A stretch of 64,000 nucleotides of DNA from Hyphochytrium catenoides (taxonomy: Eukaryota > Protista > Hyphochytriomycota), in contig FLMG01004723.1 in NCBI GenBank assembly GCA_900088475.1, positions 1-64,000 of the forward strand. Direction: 5' to 3'. The notes under the pieces are model-generated. The model was not told where the DNA came from. It did not search any database and was given only the letters and a program-made list of their open reading frames with translations. Shown in pieces: positions 49,801 to 61,500 of this stretch (the stretch's first letter is position 1; each line of letters begins with the position of its first letter). The position numbers and the translations under genes are program-made.

Positions 49801-52800
49801 ACCAGGATCTTTTCACCGTTTCCTAATAGCCCTGAGAAGTCAGCAGTGGTCTGTAGCTCGCCACTTTCCAGAGAAGAGGCGCTCAAGGTCAAACAATAGT
49901 CGCAAAGCTTTTCAGAAAAACCTCCCGCATGAATGCGGAAAGAGCCAGTTATCACCTCAGCGGCCTTGGTGCTAACGATCACAAGACGTTGAATTTCTGC
50001 TCCTAGAGGGAATTGACATGGTGATAGAGAACAGCTACCAGAATCAAAGAACGCGTCCACAAATCGAGGTTGTGAAAAGGAGGCGTCCGTATCCCAAGCA
50101 ACTGAATAGGAGTGAATAGGGATCCCACCATCACCTGAGGTTGTGCTCACAAAGCCATCCTGATTCTCTGTAGGAGCGTACACAATGACGTCAAGTTGGT
50201 TGCTGACGTAGGTGCTGCTGACATCAAGTGCAACTGATGAAGGTGTTCCAGGTAGTCTGTGTGCGGGCCTCACAAAAGCTGGGCTGCTCGGCATGCTGAT
50301 ACCGTAACCGCTAATGTCGTTCGTTCCTGGGATCGCATTCCCGTTATATGCTAGGACTCTGACATAAACCTGTTCTAGCTTAGAAGAGTAAAGAGGAATA
50401 ATAGCTCGCATTGACTCTGAAGATGTTGCGGGAACAACCTGGACATGCAACGCAGCTGCAATCCTTGAAACAGCGTCAGTATGTGCGACCTCATCAAACG
50501 TAGGAGATGTATCCCATTGAATCATGTATTTCGTAATTGGCGACCCGCCATCCGACAATGGAGGTCTCCAGGTTATGCCCACTTCGCTGGAGCTAATGAC
50601 GTACAATTTTACATCTCGCGGGGTAAGTGGAGCTTGTACCTTTAGCCCGATGCCGTCTGACGCGGACCGGTACTCTCTAGCTCTGAACAGGCTGATCGAT
50701 GCAGATGATGTAACTGGAGATTTCGTTACGGTAAGCATTGCTAGGGGCTGGTCCGAGCGGAATGTGATGAGCCATTCCATCTTGAAAGGAGCTGTGCTTA
50801 CGGCGCTGCCATCATAACCGTTGTGAGATCCGTGGTCAAATCGGCGAACGTCAACCATTCCTATACCAGGCAGTTCCTGTAGGGCTACTTGGAGGCTGCT
50901 GCTACTTGCAAATCCGGGAAGCGAGTTGGTTGTCGCCCCATTATAAGTTAACGCGAAGCTCGACTGTCCATTCATTATATCATTGATATTGCTGTCCTCC
51001 ATCACCAGACGGGCGACTTCATATGTGTCTTCAGTGAGCTGGGCAGCTATTGGCACACTGAAGCCGTCGCTGCTCTTGCTTGAAACGCGTACAAAGTATC
51101 TCAAGTTAGGATTCAGGTCCGTGATAATGTAGGAGCAACATGAACTGTCGGCATCCGCAGACTTGACAGTGATTCCAGAAATGCCGTCTTTGAAATCGGC
51201 ACTCGCTGTCCACTCTACGAGATAGCTAAGGCTGGCGACATCCAATGCCGGCATTGTAGATGGACTCCAGGTCACAGCGATACTTGACGGGGACAGAGTA
51301 CGAGCTTGTGGATTATGCGGTGGCGCCGGTGCAGTGGCAGATGGTATGCTAGTCATACGCGCAATGGCATATGAACCTTTTCCAGCTTGGTTGCCATAAG
51401 CGACTCGAAAGAAATACTTTTTTGAGGCCTCTAGCTTCGTAACAACATACCAGGGCCGGAGAACTCCTTGCTCCACGATCTCCACCCTAACCCTAGCCGC
51501 TGAACCTCTCAGCATCGGGCCGGAAGCAGCCGTAGCAAATTTGTCCCTAGACGCCGAAACTAGAAGAGAGGGCACGTCTCCACGAGGATTCAAAAAACTG
51601 ATCAGCCATGTGCGGCCATATCTGGGGAACATAGCAGGTTCAAGAGGGCCATAAGCATCAATGTGGACGACGACCTCTTCAACGGTGAGCAGTTCCTGCA
51701 GCGCTTCTTTCACTTGGACTGCATCCGCCGTGACACTGATGGCGCGGGTTTTTTCACCCATAAAAGACAGACGGAACGTGCCGTGAAGATCCGGACTATC
51801 TGCAGAAACTTCCACTTTTTGCACTGCAGCTCGATGCGACAATTTTACGGCCCCTAAAGGTTGAGGCCGTATACCAGAGGAACCACCATTAAATGGAGGA
51901 TCACTGCCCTTGACCATCTCAGTTATCCTTATCCTTGGCTCTGGTCCAAGCAAGGACTGTGAGGCAATAGTAAGGAGAGGTACGTCACCTCCCGCGGCGT
52001 CAAACGTGACAGCCCAAATGTATCCACTGGTCGTTCTGTCAGTCCTTGAGACAGTCACTCTTCCTGCATTCCACACACCTGCAACTTCAGAGGCTATCTT
52101 ATCCGCGGTTGCTTGATAGGAGATCTCACTCGTGAGACTTCCCTCGAACCCCAGCACGAAAGTGCCTCCGCTGACCCCAGAGGTGGCAACGGTTTGGACC
52201 TCAGCTACGCCAGGAGTAGTGTCCCATTCTACATAGATGTCCTGGTTTTCAGCTCCGCTTTGCTCCTCCGACGGTGGGATCCAACTTATGTTGACAGAGG
52301 ACTTGGAGAGATATCGGACCTCTATAGATGACGGCCTGGTTGGAATGGTCGCAGGACGGACCGTGGGGGGAGTGGAGTACGAAGACGCACCGTACACACT
52401 ACCGATGCCATTGTAGGCTGACACCCGGAAGTGATAAGGCATCCCAGTTCTGAGACCGGTTATCATAGTAGTGATATTCTCGGCCGTCTTAGGAGGGGAA
52501 GGAACTTCCATAGCTCCACCAACACCACTGACAAATGGTGGTAAAGAGCCCTCCGCGATGGTGGTCACAGAGAAAACAGGTGCCCCGACCTGGCCTTGGG
52601 GTGCCGCTACAAATGAGACACTCATTTGAGGTACATTACCCAAAGTTTGGACCATCACAATTAGCCATTGCAGGCCTGTGTCAATGGCACGGTGCTTGAC
52701 AAGTACGGCACCTTTCCCCATCAACGATTCCAAAGCTTCTGTAACTTGTGAGGCGGTGGCACGTAATGGTATTTCTTTTGTTCGCCCTAAAAACGTGTCT

Positions 52801-55540
52801 AGCTGAAATGCACCTTTCATTGCGTTGGTTAGTCCAGAGCATTCTACCAGCTGCTGCTCAAAGCCCAGGAAGCCCTTAATGGCTCGATTGACTGATAACT
52901 CAGCTGCCGTACCGTGTAGTGTGGAGTCTAATGGTGATGAGTCGAAGGTGGATGTAACCAACAGTGGAAGGTCGCCCCACCTTCCTGACAGGGCCAAATC
53001 ATCATTGGATAGAAAGGTTACATACCAAGAATAACCTGGAACTACCGTCCCCTCATCATCTGTTCTTAAAAAGCGGTTGACTTTGACGTCGCCTACAGTG
53101 GGAAGCTCCCTTAAGGCCTGTCGTAGTTTGTCCGCACTCACATCGTGTGAAAGGGAGGAGGTAAACATCCCTTGGAAACCAAGGCGGAAAGTGCCACTAA
53201 GGTCAAACGCTGCTGCAGAGAGAGTGACTACCTGACAGGAAGAGGTTGAGTAGAGTATATCATCTGGAGAAGACGCACCCCAAGGAAGGAGTGCTGGCAG
53301 GTCAAGGAGCTCCCATTCGATGAGATAGGACACCACGTCTGCTCCCCCATTGTCTCTGGCTGGAGGAAAGCTGACAGTGACCGAAGTCGCATTGTTCGTT
53401 GTAACCGATATGTACTTGGGGGGTGATGCAGAAGTCCGAGGGGCTTCACTCGCAGGAACTGACATAGTAGGGCGGTGAGAGAACCCCATGGAATTGTAGG
53501 CGTAGACTCGAACATAGTACTGCTGGCCCAATTTTAACCCAGTGATGACATATCGGCACCCAGTTGGTTCCGAACAGTACCCATCGCCTTCACTGGGATA
53601 ATATTCGTAGCTACCGAGAGCTGATGCTTGGGGAGCTGATGAAAAGCTGGAAGTTACGTCCCACTCTACCAAGTACTTGATGACTCTTGAGCCCCCGTCA
53701 GACTCAGGGCTGGTGAACACAACCGCTAAAGAGGACCCAGAGTCCATCTGCAGCAGTACCCTCCTGGGCGAATCTGGTTTCTGAATAGGCGGAGCCAAAG
53801 ACATTGGCGTTGACACCTGCGGCAGATTGAAACCCTCTTCCGTAAGCGCAGAAACTCTAGCGTAATACGAAACACCTGGAAGCAGCTCTTCAATTAAGTA
53901 GGACCAACTGGGTACCGCTGGATGCGAGGTAGCGTTAATGTCTACTGCTTGAAGGCCTTCTGGGAGTTCACCAGGGAACACATCCAAGGTATAGTGTAGA
54001 GGTTCCAGGGCATCTTCTGTGACGATAACTAGCCTACTACCGCGTCTCGAAGGCACGTCGGCCAGAAACTCTACGGTCCATACATAGTTATTCGATGCGT
54101 GGCTCCTGGTTACGGCCACCCCGTTTATCGTCGTTAGGGCGTTGAGACTGGATTCTACCAATTTTGCCGACGCGTCAATCGGCAAGAAATCGGTAAGCTC
54201 GTCATCAAATGAGATTCTGAATGGTCCTTGGGAGTCAATTAGCGTGAGCTTCTGAATCTCATTTATAGGCAGACTGGTATACCATTCTATTCGATAGCTG
54301 CTCACCCGAGATCCCATAGGGTCCGGTGCCAGCCAAGTCAGTAGCAAAGAGGTTGAACTCTTCCTGACAGACGTGTTGTCATCCGGAAGGATAATCGAGA
54401 GTTGCAGCCCGCTGCCGTAAGAGATTTGCGAGGCATAAGAGCGGGAGACCAGGGAACGGGGTAATGGGAGGCCCCATGCACTCCATCCTACCAAATTCAT
54501 TGCCCTCACACGGAAGAAATATCGCTGCCCAGCTACTAAGCCCTCGATTGTGAGACTAAGAGTTTTCAGCTTTGTCGTATACAGAGGATGGAGAGAGAAA
54601 TCAGACTCCGTTCCCTCGTACCGGCCAAGTGCAGTCCCATTATTTCCACTGTTAAAAGCTTCTTGGACATCCCATTCGACAGCATACAAAGAGGTCTTTG
54701 CGTAATTGTCAAAGGAAGGCGGTTTCCAGGACACTTGGATTGAGGTTGCTGAGCCTGCAATCCTGCGTGTTATCACATCCTGCGGTTGTAACGGAGGAGC
54801 CATCGGATTCTCCTGGACACGTCGAGCTGACCTACTGGAGCCTTTGCTATTCTTGGCACTGACTTGGACGACAAATCCGCAACTTATAGCCAGACATGCA
54901 GGGTAGGATTGAGCAGTTACAGACTCTCGGTCGGAGGACAAGTCGTGCATTTCATAGACAATCGGTTTCAGAGCAGATAAACCGGAGGCATCCAGATAGT
55001 ATGAGAAAACTGAACCGGTAGATCCTTGAGCACTTTCTGAAGCGAGGCATGCCAAAGAAGATCCAGGCACCGCAGCTGCAACCTGTCCTCCACTGCATAC
55101 TCTCACCAAACCCGGCTCGTTGTGTATATCCCGTAAAGAGCTAGAGCTAATGACAACATCAACTAGGTCACCCGGGTTCTCAATGAACGAGATCACAAAA
55201 ACTCGTGAGGTAGCGTCATGCGTGGCTGTTATGGCTGCTGTCCGCACAAAGCTTATGCCCTCAAGGGCCGTTCTGAGATCATTTTCGGTTAGGTCGTAGC
55301 TTAGCGGAGATGTTGCTTCTCCTGCCATCGAAAGAATGAAGGAACCCCTCGTCACTTCGTTGGATATTTTAAGAGTCTGAACTTCAATCGAACCGTATTG
55401 GCCAGCAGGCCACCACTCGATATCATACCCAGCGATGCGCTCTCCCCCGTCGTCAAGGGGTTGCTGAAAGGACAGCTTCAGGGACTTCTCACTGACAATT
55501 GACAGAGAAGGAGACGTAGGCGGTAATGGCTTCACACTGT
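19822..55540 (-). other. FN3-repeat region of the giant protein
   Basis: The pattern P..P..V...S..S..V.W.PP..DGG..I..Y..EWD...I.GL..G..Y..RV.A.N..G.G recurs. About 32 F-strand motifs were counted by hand. Confidence 0.85.
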
Positions 55541-58500
55541 CTATCTCCAACCTAAATGGAGAGCCTGCTATTGGCAATGTATCGTAGAATAGTCGATTTG
55601 TGGGGATGATAGCCCTTGCTTGGGACAAACTAGACCAATAGAGTTTGATACTTGCAGGACCCGTGTTTTCCCTAAACTCCAGCTTGATAGGAGCAAGGCG
55701 ATCATGGCTGAGGGGCACAACCGCGGTACTTGAAGCTGTCTTTGCAGTAGTCGAGTTGGAATCTCTATCAAAATCATCAATGAGAAGCACGTTATCCACC
55801 CAGAGCCGAGCCCCATCGTCATATTCCACTGTGAAAGTAAAATTTTCAGTGAAAGGGGGTTTGACGTAACCTGTCCAGCGGACGCTAATAAAGTCCTTGC
55901 CTGTTTCTGTTATGTGGTCAGAGGTAGTCCAGCTGAAGTCGATTTCTGCATCCACCCTTTCCATGACAGCGTCACCATACAGCCAGCGATTATTGAAATA
56001 GAAGCCGTTCAGACCTCCACCCAAGGCTTGGGAAATTTCAATATCATATACGCCTTTCCGAGGACCCTCGTACTTTACCTCGTACTGCCCGTCTGCTATG
56101 TAGGAGATGTGGACTTGAGCACTTGGAATACCCACAATGTTTCCCACAAAGCTGGGCCCAACTTCCCCGGCAACTGTCTGTACAGGATTGCCAGCAAGAC
56201 CCCCTACAGAACGTGGGCAGTAGCCTCCAACACTTACCATTGGCTGCGGGCCATTGAGCAAGTACCCTTCACCATAAATCTCTTCGGGAGTTGAGCTGGT
56301 AGATTCCAGACTGATAATCCAGCTGCCAGGACCCTTTGACCCTGTGACAACTGAAGCTCGGTGGATGTCAGGTAACGTTCGCAGAGCTGCGGCCACTTCT
56401 TCTTCCGAGCTGTCACTACGGAGGTCCGGAGTGCGTCTGCCATTGTACTCGAGAAAAAAAGAACCAGCTGCATCCGGAGCTCCCTTCGCGATGACCTCTT
56501 GCTGACGATTACGGTCGCAAGAATATATTGATAACAGCGCAGGATCACCTGCTGAGGTCCGTAACTTCTTTCCATCACCTATCAAGTTAGGAACATCACC
56601 AAGCGCAGATGCAAAGGTCACTACATACTGGTAACCCGCGCGAGAGTGCTTGAATACAGCCAGTCCAGTTCGCGAGCGATGAGGGAAGGGCGCATTGAGC
56701 CGGATAATAGTGGGATCAATGCTAACTATAGCGAAGACAGGGCCATCATGACCAATTCGAATCCAATCGTCCACTGCGAACTGATCTGTCAAATCTGAGG
56801 TCGGGCGCACAACGTCTTCCAAGTAAGAGACCGTAACACTCGTTTCCGCTACAAGTATGTTGGCAGACGAAGTAGTGACTTTGACTGCACCGAGCCCGGG
56901 CAAAGTGCCTAGAGCGAGCTGAACTTCCTGAGGGGACGCAGCACAAGAAAGCTCTACCCAGTTTCCGTTATATCCAATCTCAAATGATCCAGTAAGTGTG
57001 TGCGCAGGATTGCCAACTGTTGTTTCAATGACGGCAACTTCCTGGACTGGCCCGTCGAGAATTCTATTTGAGAAGCGATCGAAGCTCTCTATAAAGAAGC
57101 TTGACGTTTGCTTGTATGCCGAGAGCGGAATATCGTTTACCTTCGATCTTTCAGCACTAAGGGGAGCGGGGCGCACGTCGACCTGAAAAGGACAGACTCC
57201 CCTTTGTGAGCCAACTCCGCTGTTGTCCCCAGTGAAGATTTCGACCTCGAGATTTTGCAGTTGTGAGGATTGCACCCCAATGACAGGAAGTGGACCGATT
57301 TGGTAAAAGTCGAGCAAGGAGCTGGTACTTGATAAAAAGGTTACGACAAAGTCATACCCTCCGGCCGCTACTAGATTCCTGGTCACTGACACTGTTCCCA
57401 CTGTCGGCAAGGCGGCCAAGCTATCTGCCAAAGTAGTTGCGGCTTCAGCATCGGTTTTGAGGGCCAAGGCTGCAGCAGATATCTCCTCAGTATGGGCATC
57501 ACGAAAGGTCAGGCGGATGAATCCAGATACTATATAAGGGTCACTAAACGTCAAACGCAAGACTTGTATCTCTGGCAGTAGGACTGATCCAACAGCGGGA
57601 TCCGTCTTGATGTGGTGGCTAACACCTTCGATAAGCGTCCTGGTCATGGAACGGGTCCTCTCGCCAGCTGGAATAAGTTGATCCCGCGATGCTAGTTGAG
57701 GAACGTTCCCAGCACCTAGGAAGGTCACTTCGTAGTAAAAGCCGTTCTTCGCGTCAGCGTCCGCCTCTCGAAGCTCATGACCAAACTTACGACTGACAGC
57801 AACCTTGCCAACTCCATTCAGGGCTTCAAGCGCCTTCTGCATTTCAGTCTCGGAGCAGTCCCATCGTAAGGCCCAGGTCTCTTCCCCCTCAAATTGAAGA
57901 TAAAAATAGCCCCCGCGATCATAAGCTGATGGAAACTTCGTCAAGATGACTTGGACTTCGGGCTGGGTACCATAGGTGATAGCAATGGTATGAACACCCT
58001 GAATGGTAGGGGTAAATGTGACCTTAAACTTGCCATCACCCAGTCTGGTAATGTTACCAACTGTGGCCGACTCCGACCCAGGCCTGGCATTAGGATGAAA
58101 GATATCAACCCGGAAGTGGTCCGAAGTGTCGTTCTCCTGATCGTTCCCGCCTCCATCCTTAGCCTGAATTGTGAAAGTGGACACCTGGCCAGCCTCGCCT
58201 TGATACAGACCCCTTCCATAAGCCGTCGTGACTCCAGCGTCAGTTTGGGCTGACGTCACATTGAACACAATTGGGCCATTGCCAACCGCTGCCGCTTCCC
58301 ATCCCTTGCGAACCTGACGTACCGTCAAAGAAGCCAAATTTCCCCTGAGCTGTGAGCCATCGGCTACCATGGGCTCGAGATCGCCCTCACTAGGAGATCG
58401 AAGGAAGGTGATTGCCCAGGAGCATGTCCTGAGACCATTGTCTGGGCAGTTAAATCTTACCACATCAACGGTGTTCTCAGGCACATTTGACAGTTCTTCG

Positions 58501-61500
58501 AGTGCGGACTTCATATGTACCGCATCAACATTCCAGTCTAGCCACGTAGTCGAACGAGTAACTTTATCGCCAGAGTCATCCATCCCTCGAAACGTTAGCC
58601 GAAACTTACCGCCATTCATGTCTGACAGGGCTGAGGTGGTCACTGCCTGGATCTCAGAGACTAATGACGAGGAAACGTCCAACCGGTAGGTTCCCTTCAC
58701 TTGCGGTGAAAAGTAAATGGAGTATGTACCCGTCCTGCTACCGCCTTTGAAAACATTTACCCCAAACAAATCTGGTCCCTTATAAATGGTTTGCAGAGGC
58801 ACATTGCTTGGGTCGATCACACCAGACTCTTCGCTTACCCGAATAGGTAGGCCTCCATCCAGTAACAAGGTGTCCCCTCTTTTGAGAGTATTTGCGTGAT
58901 TGGTCCAGGTCGCTGGGTAACTCGCCATTCTCAACATCGAGCTACCCTTTAGAAGTATTCCTTTACCCAAATAGATGTAGTCGTTTGCAACGACTGAGCT
59001 CAGAGAATATGCCGAGGATGAAAAGCTCTTGCATTGATGCCCCGACTTGACGTAAATGCTTGTTATACTGTTTCTTGCGGACCATTTAGCGTCCAGAACG
59101 GTGAAGATACATTCTTGACCAAGTAAAGAGATGTCAGGGTTGAAAACTGTGATTCTCATACCAGACTTCACAACAGGGTTAGAGTGCATTTGGAGTGGTG
59201 GGCTACCAACTAGGTTGAGTGCCACTCCCAATACATTGCTCTCCAAGGATACGACGCAGTGCGTACAGATTGAGCTGGGTTCGTAAACGACGGGGCTTAG
59301 AGATACCTCCTCGTTCTTCCGGCCAACAGCTGCCCAACCAGAGATCCCAACAAGACGAACCTGCCATTTCTCTTTCCCACTATTGAAAATCTCATTGCCT
59401 CCAGCGTCCTTCGCAAGAATTTCGGCCTCGAAGACCTCCAGAGCACGGCCACCAAGTAAGCCATCGCCAGTCACCCTCGAATTGGAAGCATTTAGACTTC
59501 CTGGATGGACCTGCACTCTAAAAGGAGAGTTATCTATGTTTCTCTCATACAGCAGGAAAGAGGCTGGAATGGGCCGGATTGTGAAGCTGGAAGAGCTCCA
59601 TTGTAGGTCCAGGTAAGCAGCGCCGCGAATGTGGACGTACTCGACAATAAAGCTGTGTGGATAGGTGCTGTTCAAAGATATTGAGCCCGATACGGCACCG
59701 CCGGTTGTGGTCCGGTTGTTCGAAGAGATGGAGTCCAGGACAATATGCCCAGCTACAGTGAGGCGGACGTGGTCCCCGGCTGTTGCTGCAAAGGTATATA
59801 GGTCCGACCGTGGCACCCTAATCCTTCCTGTGAGCCGAAGGCTAAAATATTCTGCAGGAAAGTTCGGAAGAGGTGATCCCTCATCCCACCTGAGACTTAG
59901 CGAGGAGAACAACGCGCTCGAGTCACAAGGGGTCAACGCAGTCCCTGATAACCGCAATGAGGGAGAAGGACAGTGCCGAGACGAGCCAAGAACAGGTTTC
60001 GTAAAGTTAGTGTTACGAAATAGATTCCCAAGAAGACCGCCCGGACGAGTAATAGTTGCCTGCAGCTGGTGCTCTCCAGTTACCTGAGGAGTAAAGGCCA
60101 AATTGTATCTACCAAGTGCCCTTTGCTTGTGATTCGTTGTTGCTGTACTTGTGCTCATTTGACCAGTGGGATCGCTCACCTTTAGAGACAGAATGTCTTC
60201 CTCTAAAGGGCTTTCAACAGCATTCAAATAGTAGTCTCGTAACTGAACGGAGAATACGCTAGGCTCGTTTACCACACCTACCGGTTTGGCGTCGTGGGTA
60301 CACATTACAGGATCTACCTCGCCAGCCCGCACACGCAGCCCTTTGGCTGTCGACGTTAGAATGTCCTCCTCATTAAAGCTAATTTGGACATCATAGTGCC
60401 CGCTGATCTCTGGCGTGTATGCTACGATTAGGGCCCCGCTGTCATCTTGAGGCAGGATGTAGTCTAGGCCTTGAACACGCTGCTTTATCTCGACTTCAGC
60501 CACAATACCCGTAAGCTGTGAGGCCGTCATAAGTGGCAGGTTTGTGTATCTCTTGAAGTTTATCAAAATCTCCGTGCTATCATCCGGATCGCAGACTGTT
60601 CCCTTAGTGGCGGAAACTGACACAGGGAAGCCAAAAGAGTTAGCTATTTGCTCCTCGAACGCAGATATTGTGGTTCCAGCCAAAATATTAGCAGTAAGGG
60701 TGCTATTGCCAATGCCGAGAGAGAGCAAAAAAGATCCACTACCGGCGCCAGACAATCGGCAATGTAAAGACTGTACTTCGTGGCCCTCAATCCTAACTGT
60801 CCTAGTAGAGTCTCTGGCGCCAGCATGTTCCTCTGAGATCAGGAAGTCCAAATTGGCACTGCTACTAACTGAGGGTAGGTCAACATTGCCAGCATCGGTC
60901 GAATAAATGAGCCTAATCTCAGATGAAGTGCCCGAAGGGCATATTACTGGAAATGCAAGAGACCTGCCCAAAGGTTCAGCAGAAACGCCTAGTGTCCTGA
61001 TGGCATTGTTCAAAGCTTGAACGCTGTCCCGAGCCATAAGACTCACTGAGCCAGAGTTAAATGTGAAAGATATTGCCGCCAGATCACAATTCTCCGACTC
61101 AGGGCAGCGACAAGAAAGGATCTGTGTCTCAGCTAGACCCGGCACATAAGCTTGCATCGACATACGAATGGAGATGGTATCGAGGCTCTCCAACGGTATG
61201 TCATTGCCTACCGTCCCATTTTGCAGTTTCCTCGTCATCACTTGAGGTGGTGCCTGGTCATCCGGATGCTGTATACCATCTGAGAGGACTTGGACAGGCT
61301 CTAGGTTGCCAACCGTCCATTCTTTCTGTCCGTTAAAGACAAGAGTATAGATATTCCAGACGTATGGACTCCGGTCCCTTAGGCGCATTGGATCGAATCC
61401 AACAGAGTCTTTGACAACCGTAACCGAGAGACCGTCTTCCAGCGCGTTGATAGCAGACTGTACAACCTCAGCATCAGCATCCCAGGGAATTCCTTCCGTC

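Noticed and set aside
19822-55540. Calling the giant protein titin
   Set aside because: Only the FN3 'DGG..I..Y' motif is titin-like. No I-set Ig repeats, PEVK or kinase were seen, and filamin, PA14 and paired cysteines do not fit.
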